Shown here: positions 7,730-17,933 of the stretch, in pieces
How the letters are laid out: each line of letters starts with the position of its first letter
Position numbering within the stretch: the stretch's first letter is position 1
Origin: Gemmatimonadales bacterium
Lineage (GTDB): Bacteria > Gemmatimonadota > Gemmatimonadetes > Gemmatimonadales > GWC2-71-9
Length of the DNA: 52,680 nucleotides
Direction of reading: 5' to 3'
Assembly (NCBI GenBank): GCA_035601435.1
Contig: DATNOH010000264.1
Coordinates: 1-52,680 of the forward strand
Program-made: the position numbers and the translations under genes
The notes under the pieces: generated by a model
Seen by the model: only the letters and a program-made list of their open reading frames with translations
Told to the model about the DNA's origin: nothing
Database searches by the model: none

Positions 7730-10522
7730 TCAAGGCGCGCGCTGCGATGATAGCTGCCGCAGCACGTACTCGAGGATCCCCCCGTGCCTGTAGTACTGCA
7801 ACTCCTGTGGCGTGTCGATTCGCACTGTCACGGTGAATTGGACGTTCGAACCTTCGGGCCGAGTGGCCTTGACCACCAGCTCCTTGCCGCGCGGAAATCC
7901 TTCCGCGAGCACGGCAGCGAGTCCCGTGATCTCGAACACTTCTTTTCCGGTCAGCCCCAAACTTTCCGGCGTCTCGTTGGGCAGAAATTGCAGGGGCAGG
8001 ATTCCCATCCCCACGAGGTTCGACCGGTGGATGCGCTCATAGCTCTGCGCAATCACGGCGCGCACGCCAAGCAGGCGCGGTCCTTTGGCCGCCCAGTCGC
8101 GCGACGAGCCTGAGCCGTACTCCTTCCCTGCGATCACGATGAGGGGCACGCCCTCGGCCTGATACTTCACCGAGGCGTCATAGATCGTCGTCTGCTCGCC
8201 GTCGGGGAGGTACAGCGTGACCGGTCCCTCGGTCCCGGGTGCGAGCAGGTTCTTGAGGCGCACGTTGGCAAAGGTGCCGCGCACCATCACTTCGTGGTTG
8301 CCCCGGCGCGCGCCGTACGAGTTGAAATCCTCGGGCTTCACCCCGTGCGCGATCAGGTACTGGCCGGCCGGGCTGGTCTTGCGGATGGAGCCGGCGGGCG
8401 AGATGTGATCCGTGGTGATGCTGTCACCCAGGAAACACAACGCGCGCGCGCCCCTGATATCGGTGACGGGTCCCGGGGTGCGCGGCATGCCGTCGAAGTA
8501 CGGCGCCCGGCGGATGTAGCTGGAGTCGGGCTCCCAGGCGAACCGATCGCCGGCGGGGACGGGAAGCCCGCGCCAGCGCTCGTCTCCCGTGAACACCTCG
8601 CCATACTCCTTGTGGAACATCGCCGACTTGACGGCCGTACGGATTACCTCGTCTACCTCCTTGGCGGACGGCCACACGTCGCGCAGATAGACGGGCTTCC
8701 CGTCTTTGCCCGTTCCCAACGGCTCCGATTGCAGATCGAGATCGATCCGTCCCGCGATGGCGTACGCGACCACCAGCGGCGGAGACGCGAGGTAGTTCGC
8801 CCGCACTTCCTGCTGGATCCGCCCCTCGAAGTTGCGGTTCCCGGACAGCACCGCGCACACCACCAGCTCACCCTCGGTGATGGCGGCGGACACGGCCTCC
8901 GGCAGCGGTCCTGAATTGCCGATGCAGGTGGTGCAGCCGTAGCCCACGAGGTGGAACCGCAGCTGCTCGAGATACCGCATGAGCCCCGCCTGCTGGAGGT
9001 AGTCCGTCACCACCTTCGAGCCGGGGGCGAGGCTCGTCTTCACCCACGGCTGGGACTCGAGGCCCTTCTCCACCGCTTTCTTCGCCACGAGGCCCGCGGC
9101 GATCATCACCGACGGATTCGACGTATTGGTGCAGCTCGTGATCGCGGCGATCACCACGGAGCCGTGAAGCAGTTTGCAGTCCACGCCGTCCAGCCGGAGA
9201 TCGACATGGCTGCGGCGCCGGGGCGGCGCTTCCACCGCGGTGGCGACGTGACCGCCCTCGCCCTCCCACCGGCCCGCGTTGACCGGCGGCGCGATGGGCG
9301 ACGTCGGCTTGACGAGCGCCGGCAGGGCGAGTTGGAAGTTCCGAGGTAGATCGCGCAGCGCCACGCGGTCCTGCGGCCGCCGCGGCCCAGCCAGGCTCGG
9401 CTCGACGGTCGAGAGCTCGAGGGACAGGGTGTCCGAGTACACCGGCTCCGGCGCGCCGGCCGAATGGAACAGGCCCTGCTCCTTCATGTACGCCTCGACC
9501 AGCTGCACCTGCTCCCTGGGGCGGCCGGTGAACTCGAGGTAGCGCAGGGTCTCCTGATCAACCGGGAAGATCCCAACGGTGGCGCCGTACTCGGGCGCCA
9601 TGTTCCCGATGGTCGCGCGATCGGCGAGAGGCAGCGTGGCGATCCCGGGACCGTAGAACTCGACGAACTTCCCCACAACGCCCCTCTTGCGGAGCATCTC
9701 CGTCACGGTGAGCACGAGGTCTGTGGCAGTCGCGCCCTCACTCAGCTTGCCGGTGAGCCGGAATCCGACGACTTGGGGAATCAGCATCGAGACCGGCTGG
9801 CCCAGCAGCGCCGCCTCCGCCTCGATCCCGCCCACGCCCCAGCCGAGCACGCCGAGTCCGTTGATCATGGTAGTGTGCGAGTCGGTGCCCACGAGGGTGT
9901 CGGGATACGCTTGCGGCATCGACCCTTGGCGACCGTCCGTTGTAAAGACGACCCGTGCCAGGTACTCGAGGTTGACCTGGTGCACGATGCCGGTGTCGGG
10001 CGGCACGACGCGGAATCCCTGGAACGTCCGCTGCGCCCATCGCAGCAAAGCGTAGCGCTCGCGGTTGCGCTGGAACTCGAGGTCGGCGTTCACCTGGAAC
10101 GCGGTAGGCGTGCCGAACTCGTCCACGATCACCGAATGGTCGATCACCAGCTCGGCCGGGAGCAGCGGGTTGACCTGTTTCGGGTCGCCGCCCATCTGTT
10201 GCATCGCGTCGCGCATGGCGGCCAGGTCCACGACGGCCGGAACGCCGGTGAAGTCCTGCATGAGGACGCGCGCCGGCATGAAGGCGATCTCGTCGTCGGG
10301 CGTCTTCTTCGGGTCCCAGCGCGCCAGCCGCTCGATTTCGGCCGGCGCCACGGTGCGGCCGTCCTCGCGGCGCAGCAGGTTCTCGAGCAGGATGCGAAGC
10401 GAATAAGGCAGGCGAGCCACGGCGAGGCCGCGCTTCTCGAGCGCGTCCAGGCGGAAGATCTCGAAGGTGCCGCCCACGGTCTTGAGGGGCGCGCGGGCCC
10501 CAAAACTGTTCGCGGTCGTCAT
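7730..10522 (-). CDS. acnA: Aconitate hydratase A
   Basis: 930 aa. Full-length similarity to AcnA/IRP-type aconitases, including VGTDSHTTMINGLGVLGWGVGGIEAEA, Fe-S ligand regions ITSCTNTSNP and GCTTCIGNSGPL, and a C-terminal swivel domain. Confidence 0.95.
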   Translation of the reverse strand: MTTANSFGARAPLKTVGGTFEIFRLDALEKRGLAVARLPYSLRILLENLLRREDGRTVAPAEIERLARWDPKKTPDDEIAFMPARVLMQDFTGVPAVVDLAAMRDAMQQMGGDPKQVNPLLPAELVIDHSVIVDEFGTPTAFQVNADLEFQRNRERYALLRWAQRTFQGFRVVPPDTGIVHQVNLEYLARVVFTTDGRQGSMPQAYPDTLVGTDSHTTMINGLGVLGWGVGGIEAEAALLGQPVSMLIPQVVGFRLTGKLSEGATATDLVLTVTEMLRKRGVVGKFVEFYGPGIATLPLADRATIGNMAPEYGATVGIFPVDQETLRYLEFTGRPREQVQLVEAYMKEQGLFHSAGAPEPVYSDTLSLELSTVEPSLAGPRRPQDRVALRDLPRNFQLALPALVKPTSPIAPPVNAGRWEGEGGHVATAVEAPPRRRSHVDLRLDGVDCKLLHGSVVIAAITSCTNTSNPSVMIAAGLVAKKAVEKGLESQPWVKTSLAPGSKVVTDYLQQAGLMRYLEQLRFHLVGYGCTTCIGNSGPLPEAVSAAITEGELVVCAVLSGNRNFEGRIQQEVRANYLASPPLVVAYAIAGRIDLDLQSEPLGTGKDGKPVYLRDVWPSAKEVDEVIRTAVKSAMFHKEYGEVFTGDERWRGLPVPAGDRFAWEPDSSYIRRAPYFDGMPRTPGPVTDIRGARALCFLGDSITTDHISPAGSIRKTSPAGQYLIAHGVKPEDFNSYGARRGNHEVMVRGTFANVRLKNLLAPGTEGPVTLYLPDGEQTTIYDASVKYQAEGVPLIVIAGKEYGSGSSRDWAAKGPRLLGVRAVIAQSYERIHRSNLVGMGILPLQFLPNETPESLGLTGKEVFEITGLAAVLAEGFPRGKELVVKATRPEGSNVQFTVTVRIDTPQELQYYRHGGILEYVLRQLSSQRAP

Positions 10523-10896
10523 TCCACCGGCTGCACGTTCACGACGAAGTATTCGGTCTCGCCGAAGCAGCTCGTCGGGATGCCCTTGTGCTGTTGGTAC
10601 GTCAGCTTCACGCGCTTGCCCACCGTCTGGTTGATCAGCGCGGCGACCGAATCGTCCCGCACGGTGAAGTAGAACTTCTCCGTCATGGTTCCCGGAATAG
10701 ATACGAGGGCGAGCTCGCCCTCCCAGGTTTTACAGATCCAGCCCTTCTTCGAGAACTTCTGCACGTAGCCGGCGCGCTCCCCACTCGAGTACGTCCACGT
10801 CAGGGCGGACCAGGTGTACAGCACGAACAGGAGCACGAGCACGATCGGCACGGCGGCGATGATCAGCTTGTGCGTCCGCGAGAGCGTGAAGTTCAC
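10519..10896 (-). CDS. Membrane-anchored hypothetical protein
   Basis: 125 aa. Single N-terminal TM helix (LIIAAVPIVLVLLFVLY). GTGA overlap with the upstream GNAT gene and ATGA overlap with acnA. Confidence 0.7.
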   Translation of the reverse strand: MNFTLSRTHKLIIAAVPIVLVLLFVLYTWSALTWTYSSGERAGYVQKFSKKGWICKTWEGELALVSIPGTMTEKFYFTVRDDSVAALINQTVGKRVKLTYQQHKGIPTSCFGETEYFVVNVQPVE

Positions 10897-11402
10897 GAGG
10901 GGAAGTTAACCTCGTAGGTCTCCGTCTTGTACGGCGCGAAGCCGCGCTTCTTGTAGTTCGGGAGAGCGGCTGGGTGATCGAGCGTGCAGGTGTGCAGCCA
11001 CACGCGTGCGGGCCCGAGCGCCCAGGCGTCCCGCACAGCACAGGACAGCAGGTGCTTGCCCAGGCCTTGCCCGATCGCGTCCGGGAGGAGCCCGAAGTAG
11101 GCGATCTCGACCGAGCGGTCCTCGGGCACGCGGCGCAGCTCGTACCATCCCGCGAGGGTGCCGCGGCGCCGCGCCACGTGCAGTGTGATCTCGGGCTTCG
11201 TTAGGTGCGCGCGGATCTCCTCGTCCGTCCAGTCCCAACGGTCGCGCCAGTGGTAGGCTTCGCCGACGCGGCGGTAGCACTCGCGATACAGCTCGGGGGT
11301 CGGCCGCTCGACCCGCTCGACCCGGACGTCGGGGAACGCGCCGAACCCCGGTTCGAACTGGCTCTGGCGCTTGAGTTCGAGATATGTACGCGTGGCTTCC
11401 AT
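10893..11402 (-). CDS. GNAT-family N-acetyltransferase
   Basis: 169 aa. Acetyl-CoA binding motif GQGLGKHLL. The C-terminus (PNYKKRGF) is typical of GNATs. Confidence 0.85.
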   Translation of the reverse strand: MEATRTYLELKRQSQFEPGFGAFPDVRVERVERPTPELYRECYRRVGEAYHWRDRWDWTDEEIRAHLTKPEITLHVARRRGTLAGWYELRRVPEDRSVEIAYFGLLPDAIGQGLGKHLLSCAVRDAWALGPARVWLHTCTLDHPAALPNYKKRGFAPYKTETYEVNFPS

Positions 11403-11418
11403 ACAAGTATTTTACGCC

Positions 11419-11784
11419 ATGACCTTCAACCGCATGGGGACCGTTCCCCTCCCACTCGCGCTGCACCTCGCGAGCTATACGGTACTCGGACTGTTCTGCT
11501 TGTTCGCGGGAGGCCTCAATCTGATCGACCCCGGCAAGATCCCGCACGGCCTGATGTTCCTCGCCGTGTGCGGCTTCAGCTGGGGGTACGTGTTCGGCAT
11601 CCTGATGGCCCGGAAGGAAGTCGTGCTGCTCGGCTTCCTGGCGAGCGCCGCCTGGCTGGTCGCCGCCGTCGTCGGGGCCGCCCGGTTCGGGTTCGACTGG
11701 CGCCTTACCGCGCTGCTCGTTGCGCTCGGCGCCTCCGGCTTGATCGTGCTCGGAGCCTACCGCACCCGCATCTTGGAGCACTGA
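11419..11784 (+). CDS. Integral membrane protein (4 TM helices, hypothetical)
   Basis: Start reset to ATG 11419 (MTFNRMGTVPLPLALHL...). Four hydrophobic helices. Divergent from the GNAT gene. Confidence 0.65.
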   Translation: MTFNRMGTVPLPLALHLASYTVLGLFCLFAGGLNLIDPGKIPHGLMFLAVCGFSWGYVFGILMARKEVVLLGFLASAAWLVAAVVGAARFGFDWRLTALLVALGASGLIVLGAYRTRILEH

Positions 11785-11792
11785 GCGCCGGC

Positions 11793-13718
11793 TCAGCCGA
11801 TGTGCCTCGTTTCCACGTTATCAGGGGCTGCCGGCACTTCGACCACAAATCTCGCGCCGCCCAGGTCCGAGTCTTCGATCCAGATCTTCCCGCCGACTTC
11901 GGTCACCACGCGCTGACAGATGGCCAAGCCGAGGCCGGTGCCTTCGTCGGGACCTTTCGTCGTAAAAAATGGATCGAAGATGCGGCCGCGGATCTCCCGG
12001 GGAACGCCCGGCCCCGAGTCGTCCACCGTCAACCGCACCCATCCCTCGCGCGCCTGCGTGCGAAGCTGCACGATCGCGGGCTTCCGGCCCCGCACCACAT
12101 ACTCCGCGTTCGTCACGAGATTGATGACCACCTGCTGCAGCTCCTGACCCAGGCCCAAGACGGCGGGAGCGGACTGGTCGAGCGTGGTGCGAAATTCCAC
12201 GCTCTCCGTGCGCAGCACGCGTTGGCGGATCTCGGCCACGTCATGCACCAGGTCGTTCATTTGCACGCGCGTCGGGGTCGTGTCGGCGCGCCGAGCGAGG
12301 CGCAGCAGGCTGCGCACGATACGCGCGGCACGGTCTACCTCGCGGGTGATGGTGGCCGCCGTGGTGCTGGTGTCGGGATCCTTGCTGGCGCGGCCGAGCA
12401 GCTCGGCCTCCATCCGGATCGCCGCGAGCGGATTGTTCACCTCGTGGGCCACACCGCTGGCGATCTCGCCCACCGTGGCGAGCTTCTCGCGCGCGATCAG
12501 CTCGCGCTGCGCCCGCAGCTCGTCGGTCCGGTCGTACAGCGCCACCAGCAGGCTGTCCGGCCCGACTCCCGAGAGGCCGGTGATCGTGCAGTCGCAGATA
12601 CGGCGGTCTCCCGAGGGCTGCGTCACGAGCACCCGACCGTGCCACGGAGATCCGTCGCGCGGTCGCGCCAGCACGAGGTGGAGCGAGATCTCGCTGGGAG
12701 AGAGCCCGAGCGCCTCCAGATGAGCCCCGAGCGCCTGGGCTTCGGACGGGATGCCCAGCAGGCGGCATGCGGCCTGGTTGAGCTGGAGCACGCGGCCGCT
12801 CCGATCCACCAGGGCCATCGGGAGCGGGCTGCCGTCTACCATGGCGTGCGCCCGCTCCGCCGCCGCGCGCGCGCCGCTCACTGCCTCAGACAGCTCGAGC
12901 CCGCCCGCGATGTACGCCGCCACCGCGGTGAGGTACTGGAGCTCCATGAGGGTGAAGGGGAATGGCTCGTCCGCGCCCGGGCGCAGGAAGCGCACCACAC
13001 CCACCGCACCCGCCACGCCGCTCGATGTCCGCAGCGGCGCAATCATCGCGGCCCGTGCCATGCCGGAAGGCGACAGGCCGGGCTGGCCGTCACCGTCGGT
13101 CAGGATGTTGTCGGTGAGAAACGGCTCTCCGGTGCTGATCACACGTCCCGTGGCGCTCTCATCGATCGCGAGCTCCGCGCCCTCGAGCTCCACGCACTGC
13201 CCGACGGTGGAGGCGACGCGCAGCGTGTCGGGGCTGGCGCCGCGCAACGCCACATAGGCGCCCTGGGCATCGACCAGGCTCGTGACGCTCTGGAGCGTGT
13301 AGCGGAGCAGTAACTCGCGCTCCGGCGCCGCCAGGAGCCAGCGCGACAGCTCCACCAGGAACGTGCCGAGCCGGCGCTCGCGCTCCAGCCCGCTGCGACG
13401 CGCCACCATCACGGCCAGGTGGGTCGCGACCTCGATGGTCGAGCGCAGCACCTCGCCGGGGAACCCGGCGGGAAGCCCCTCGAAGCGTACGCTCACGTGA
13501 CGTCCATCGGCGTCGTGATAGTCGGTGAGGAACGTCTCGCCGTCCCTCCCGGCGGCGCCCGCCTCGAGGGTGCCCGATTCAGTCAGGCCCTTGTAGGTGA
13601 GCTGGACCCGCGCCCCCCCGGCCGACTCGCTGAGGATCTCGGTGGCGGCCTGCCAGAAGGCGCGGGTTTGTTTGGCTTTGCCGGCCTCGGTCAACAGCTT
13701 ACGAATTGGGTCAATCAT
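11793..13718 (-). CDS. Cytoplasmic sensor histidine kinase (GAF + PAS + HisKA + HATPase_c)
   Basis: 641 aa. H-box [16 protein letters not shown] boxes [15 protein letters not shown] and [13 protein letters not shown]. No TM segments. No adjacent response regulator. Confidence 0.9.
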   Translation of the reverse strand: MIDPIRKLLTEAGKAKQTRAFWQAATEILSESAGGARVQLTYKGLTESGTLEAGAAGRDGETFLTDYHDADGRHVSVRFEGLPAGFPGEVLRSTIEVATHLAVMVARRSGLERERRLGTFLVELSRWLLAAPERELLLRYTLQSVTSLVDAQGAYVALRGASPDTLRVASTVGQCVELEGAELAIDESATGRVISTGEPFLTDNILTDGDGQPGLSPSGMARAAMIAPLRTSSGVAGAVGVVRFLRPGADEPFPFTLMELQYLTAVAAYIAGGLELSEAVSGARAAAERAHAMVDGSPLPMALVDRSGRVLQLNQAACRLLGIPSEAQALGAHLEALGLSPSEISLHLVLARPRDGSPWHGRVLVTQPSGDRRICDCTITGLSGVGPDSLLVALYDRTDELRAQRELIAREKLATVGEIASGVAHEVNNPLAAIRMEAELLGRASKDPDTSTTAATITREVDRAARIVRSLLRLARRADTTPTRVQMNDLVHDVAEIRQRVLRTESVEFRTTLDQSAPAVLGLGQELQQVVINLVTNAEYVVRGRKPAIVQLRTQAREGWVRLTVDDSGPGVPREIRGRIFDPFFTTKGPDEGTGLGLAICQRVVTEVGGKIWIEDSDLGGARFVVEVPAAPDNVETRHIG

Positions 13719-13790
13719 TACGGCAAACTGCGTCGAGCAGGGTACGATTCTGCGCGACGCCTTTGCTTGACGACTCTGCGCGACGTTGTT

Positions 13791-14504
13791 TCAAGGGTTT
13801 GTAGGCCGAATATCGACTTCGCTGATCATCGCCCGATCCGACACCGTCAGCGTTGATAGCACGGCATGCGCCACATCCTCGGCGCTGAGCGCGCGGTCGG
13901 GCGCGGGGCGCACGCGCTCCCGCTTCTCCATGAACGGCGTGGCCACGGAGCCCGGGCAAATCGCCACGACCCGCAGGCCCTGCTTGCGCACCTCGAGCAT
14001 CAGGCTCTTGGAGAAGCCTAGCACTGCGTGCTTGGAGGCGCAGTACGCCGTGCCCCCCTCGACGCCGTTCTTCCCGGCGAGCGATGCGATGTTCACAATC
14101 GTGCCGGTCCCGGCTTTGAGCATGCTCTGGAGGAACGCCCGCGTCACCAGGTAGAGGGAGCGTACGTTGACGCCCATAGTCTCGTCCCAGTCCTCGAGCG
14201 AGAGCTCCACCAGCGGCCTGAACCGCCCGATCCCGGCGTTATTTACGAGCACTTGCGGCGTGCCCCGCTCCCGGGTCACAAACGCGGCGAAAGCGTCCAC
14301 GCAAGCGGGGTCGGACACGTCGCACGGCATGCCGATGGCGTCGATGCCGTCCGCCTTCAGGGCGCGCGTCGTGGCGTGTACATTGGCCTCGGTACGCGCG
14401 CAGATGGCGACTCGTGCCCCGGCCCGGCCCAAGACGAAGGCCGTCGCTCGCCCAATGCCTTCGGTGGCACCGGTGACGACGGCGAGCGAGCCGGTAAGGT
14501 CCAT
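13791..14504 (-). CDS. Short-chain dehydrogenase/reductase (SDR)
   Basis: Start reset to ATG 14504 (MDLTGSLAVVTGATEGIGRA...). TGxxxGIG Rossmann motif, NNAG, and catalytic YCASK. The remaining ~550 codons of track ORF 13791..16166 are antisense to three + strand genes. Confidence 0.9.
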   Translation of the reverse strand: MDLTGSLAVVTGATEGIGRATAFVLGRAGARVAICARTEANVHATTRALKADGIDAIGMPCDVSDPACVDAFAAFVTRERGTPQVLVNNAGIGRFRPLVELSLEDWDETMGVNVRSLYLVTRAFLQSMLKAGTGTIVNIASLAGKNGVEGGTAYCASKHAVLGFSKSLMLEVRKQGLRVVAICPGSVATPFMEKRERVRPAPDRALSAEDVAHAVLSTLTVSDRAMISEVDIRPTNP

Positions 14505-14586
14505 AGGGACAGAAATATACGGCGCGCCGCGGCGCCCGGCGCGGGAACCCCGCGACGTTGTGGAGGATATGACGGAGGTTATAGCT

Positions 14587-15624
14587 ATGAACGCAGCACC
14601 CGTACTCGTTTCCGACGAGGCGGTCGTCTCACCCCAAGCTCCCGCGCGTTCCGTACCGCCCCGCGACGACGACCTGCTCGATGCGTACTCCCGGGCGGTG
14701 ACGGGGGCGGCCGAGAAAGTCGGCCCCGCCGTGGTGAGCGTGGAAGTGCGACACAAGGTCGAACGGCGCGGGCGGCCCGCGCGCGAGGTGCCGGGCAAAG
14801 GCTCCGGGTTCGTGTTCACTCCCGACGGGTTCGTGCTGACCAACAGCCACGTGGTGCATGACGCCACGCGGATCGAGGTCGCGTTCGCCGACGGTCGCCC
14901 GGTGGCGGCGGAGCTGGTGGGGGACGACCCCGACACCGACCTGGCAGTGATCCGGGTGCCGCCCGTGGCGCTCACGGTCGCCGAGTTCGGCGACTCGGGC
15001 GCGCTTCGAGTCGGCCAGCTGGTCGTCGCGATCGGCAATCCGCTCGGCTTCCAGAGCACCGTGACCGCGGGCGTGGTGAGCGCCTTGGGACGCTCGTTCC
15101 GCTCGGTGGGTGGGCGGTTGATCGACGATGTGATCCAGACCGATGCGGCTTTGAACCCGGGCAATTCGGGCGGGCCGCTGGTGGACGGGCGGGGCCGCGT
15201 GGTCGGCGTCAACACGGCGGTGATCCTTCCCGCACAAGGGATCTGCTTCGCCGTGGGCATCAATACGGCGAAGGTCGTGACCGGCCAGCTGATCCGGCAC
15301 GGCAAGATCCGCCGTAGCCGGATCGGGGTCGCGGGGCAGAACGTTCCGTTGCTCCGGCTGGCGCAGCGGGCGTTGGGCACCGCCGCCAAGAGCGGCGTGC
15401 TGGTGACTGGCGTGGAGCCGGACAGCCCGGCGGCACGCGCCGGAGTCGCGTCGGGAGACATCATCATCGGCTTCGACGGGCAAGCGGTCTCGGGGATCGA
15501 CGACCTGCACCGCTTGCTGGTCACCGAGCGGATCGGTACGCGCACGACCATCGCCGTGCTGCGCGATGCCGACCGTCTCGAGCTGCCGATCGTCCCGCAG
15601 GAGTCCGGGACACGGAACCCCTGA
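14587..15624 (+). CDS. HtrA/DegP-family (S1C) serine protease with a PDZ domain
   Basis: Catalytic triad contexts TNSHVV, DTDLAVI and GNSGGPL. PDZ-like segment GVLVTGVEPDSPAARAGVASGDIIIGFDG. Start at ATG 14587, 8 nt after GGAGG; an alternative in-frame ATG is at 14569. Confidence 0.85.
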   Translation: MNAAPVLVSDEAVVSPQAPARSVPPRDDDLLDAYSRAVTGAAEKVGPAVVSVEVRHKVERRGRPAREVPGKGSGFVFTPDGFVLTNSHVVHDATRIEVAFADGRPVAAELVGDDPDTDLAVIRVPPVALTVAEFGDSGALRVGQLVVAIGNPLGFQSTVTAGVVSALGRSFRSVGGRLIDDVIQTDAALNPGNSGGPLVDGRGRVVGVNTAVILPAQGICFAVGINTAKVVTGQLIRHGKIRRSRIGVAGQNVPLLRLAQRALGTAAKSGVLVTGVEPDSPAARAGVASGDIIIGFDGQAVSGIDDLHRLLVTERIGTRTTIAVLRDADRLELPIVPQESGTRNP

Positions 15625-15638
15625 GAAAGGAGCATCAG

Positions 15639-16142
15639 ATGGCCGATACGAATCCCGCCGCCGAGGGTCCGCTTCCTGCCGGGACTCAGGCGCCCGACTT
15701 CACCCTGCACAGTGCGCCGGATCAGACCGTCTCGCTGCGTGACTACCGCGGGCACCCGGTGATTCTCGCGTTCTATCCTGCGGACTGGAGCCCGGTGTGC
15801 GGCGATCAGATGGCGCTGTACAACGAGGTCCGGTCCGAGTTCGAGGGTTACGGCGCCAAGCTGCTCGGCATCTCGGTGGATGGCGCCTGGTGCCACCGAG
15901 CGTTCGCCGACCAACGCAAGCTGCACTTCCCCTTGCTCGCGGACTTCGAGCCCAAGGGGGCGGTGGCGCGCCGCTACGGCGTGTACCGCGAAGGCGACGG
16001 GTTCAGCGAGCGAGCGTTGTTCGTGATTGACGGTGACGGAGTCATTCGGTGGAGCTACGTCTCGCCCATCGACGTCAACCCCGGAGCGGACGGCATCCTG
16101 CGGGCCCTCGACGCCGTCGCCGGCGAGCGGACGCCCGCGTGA
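15639..16142 (+). CDS. Peroxiredoxin (AhpC/TSA family, Bcp/AhpE-like)
   Basis: 167 aa. FYPADWSPVCGDQ contains the peroxidatic Cys. Thioredoxin-fold pattern is present. GGAG lies upstream of the start. Confidence 0.9.
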   Translation: MADTNPAAEGPLPAGTQAPDFTLHSAPDQTVSLRDYRGHPVILAFYPADWSPVCGDQMALYNEVRSEFEGYGAKLLGISVDGAWCHRAFADQRKLHFPLLADFEPKGAVARRYGVYREGDGFSERALFVIDGDGVIRWSYVSPIDVNPGADGILRALDAVAGERTPA

Positions 16143-16690
16143 CCAAGCGCGATGCGGCCGCGGCACTGACTCTGCCGGTCGGTAAACGAGACCACATCCG
16201 GGGCCCGGCCGACGCGGCCGTTACGCTGGTCGAGTACGGCGATTACGAGTGCCCGCACTGCGGGCGCGCGTATCCCATTGTCAAAACGATCCAGAAACAG
16301 CTGGGACCGAAGCTGCGGTTCGTGTTCCGCAACTTCCCGCTGCGCGAGAGCCACCCCCACGCCGAGCAGGCGGCGGAGGCGGCCGAAGCGGCGGCCGCGC
16401 AGGGCAAGTTCTGGGAGATGCACGACCGCTTGTTCGAGCGGCAGTTTGCGCTGGACGGCGAGTATCTGATCGAATACGCGGGCGACCTGGGTCTCGATGT
16501 CGCGCGGTTTCGGACAGAGCTCAGCAGCGGGGCCTATGCGCCCCGCGTGCGGGAAGACTTCCGGAGCGGTGTCACGAGCGGCGTCAACGGCACGCCCACG
16601 TTCTTCATCAACGGCGTGCGGTATGACGACTCGTGGGAGTTCGAACCGCTGCTCGCGGCGCTCGAGGACGCGGCGGTCGCTAGGTCCTGA
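16139..16690 (+). CDS. DsbA-family thioredoxin-fold protein
   Basis: GTG start at 16139, in a GTGA overlap with the peroxiredoxin stop. VEYGDYECPHCGRAYP carries the CPHC active site. GTPTFFINGVRY is present. Confidence 0.85.
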   Translation: MTKRDAAAALTLPVGKRDHIRGPADAAVTLVEYGDYECPHCGRAYPIVKTIQKQLGPKLRFVFRNFPLRESHPHAEQAAEAAEAAAAQGKFWEMHDRLFERQFALDGEYLIEYAGDLGLDVARFRTELSSGAYAPRVREDFRSGVTSGVNGTPTFFINGVRYDDSWEFEPLLAALEDAAVARS

Positions 16691-17933
16691 TCGCGCCGGG
16701 GAAGCGCGCCGGGTCGGGCGTGAATCCCGGGAAGATCGCGGACAGGTCTCGCGCGCCGAGGTGGCGGGCCAGGAGCTCGGCGAACAGGTCGCGGAAATCG
16801 GTCGTGACGGCCACGTCCCGGCCCTCGAACCGCTGCGCCGGATCGAGCCCGGGCCACTTTCCCAAAACCCGGCCCCCGTTCACCGCGCCGCCCAGCACCA
16901 GCATGGCGGTGGCGTGCCCGTGATCGGTACCCGAACTCCCATTCTCCCGGACGGTGCGGCCGAACTCCGACATCGTGAGCACGACGACGTCGCCCATCCG
17001 CTCCCCCAGGTCCCTGGTGAAGGCCGCGAGCGCCTGCCCCAGCTCATCCAACCGCCCAGCGAGCTGTCCCTCCGACGCTCCCTGGTTCACGTGGGTATCC
17101 CACCCGGTCACGTCGGCGAAGGCCACCTGGAGGCCGAGGTCGGCCTTGATGAGCTGGGCGATCTCGAGCAGAGTCTTACCCAGCTTGCCGCGCGGGTAGT
17201 CGGCCTCGTTCGCCGGTCGGTACTGGCCGGGGTCCAGGCGCTTGAGCGTCTGGACGGCTTCGAACGCCTCGCGTGAAGACGTCGATAGCAGCCCGGTCGC
17301 AGAAGCGGCGTACAGCTCTTCGAAAGCGCGGGTGAGCCGGTCGCGCGCGGCGGGTTGGGGCGCGCGCAGGCCGAACGCCTGCAGGTCGTCGATCGCGAGA
17401 CTCGGCGCGGTGCCGGCCAGGATGCGGGGCAGCTGGGGACCGAAGGCGACGGCGCGGAACGGCGTGTCCTGGTGCTCACGGTCGTGCTGGCAGTAGCGGT
17501 TGAGCCAGCCGTCCGGCGTCGCTTTCACCCCCGGGGTGCCCGACTCCAGATAGTCCTGGGCGTCGAAATGACTTCGAGTCGCGTCCGGCGACCCGATCGC
17601 GTGGACCGCGGCCAGAGTCTTCGAATCCCACAGGGGCTTGAGCGCGGCGAGCCGGGGGTGCAGGCCGAAGTAGCCGTCCAGGTCGAGGACGTCCTTCTCG
17701 GGCACGGCAATGCGAGGCCGTTCCCGGTAATAGGTGGGGTCCCCATGAGGGACGATCATGTTGAGCCCGTCCACGGCGCCACGCTGGAAGAGACACACCA
17801 GGATTCGGCGGTCAGACGGACCGGCGGACGGGCGGACAGCGAAGGCTGCTCGGGCGAGGAACAGCGGATCGAGGCCCAAGCTGAATAACGCGAGTCCCCC
17901 CGACTTCACGAAAACCCTTCTCGAAATGGTCAT
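16680..17933 (-). CDS. DUF1501-family protein (sulfatase-like fold) with a Tat-type signal
   Basis: 417 aa. The N-terminus SRRVFVKSGGLALFSLGL is twin-arginine-like. ...SEFGRTVRENGSSGTDHGHA is typical of DUF1501. ATGA overlap with the upstream DUF1800 gene. Confidence 0.85.
   Translation of the reverse strand: MTISRRVFVKSGGLALFSLGLDPLFLARAAFAVRPSAGPSDRRILVCLFQRGAVDGLNMIVPHGDPTYYRERPRIAVPEKDVLDLDGYFGLHPRLAALKPLWDSKTLAAVHAIGSPDATRSHFDAQDYLESGTPGVKATPDGWLNRYCQHDREHQDTPFRAVAFGPQLPRILAGTAPSLAIDDLQAFGLRAPQPAARDRLTRAFEELYAASATGLLSTSSREAFEAVQTLKRLDPGQYRPANEADYPRGKLGKTLLEIAQLIKADLGLQVAFADVTGWDTHVNQGASEGQLAGRLDELGQALAAFTRDLGERMGDVVVLTMSEFGRTVRENGSSGTDHGHATAMLVLGGAVNGGRVLGKWPGLDPAQRFEGRDVAVTTDFRDLFAELLARHLGARDLSAIFPGFTPDPARFPGAIRT

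Noticed and set aside
11205-13313. 702-aa + strand ORF
   Set aside because: Antisense to the well-supported histidine kinase (11793..13718). Extremely Arg/Ala/Gly/His-rich with no motifs. A typical shadow ORF of a GC-rich gene.
14505-16166. N-terminal ~550 codons of track ORF 13791..16166 (minus strand)
   Set aside because: Only the last 237 codons form a complete SDR with its own ATG at 14504. The upstream part overlaps, in antisense, the protease, peroxiredoxin and DsbA genes.
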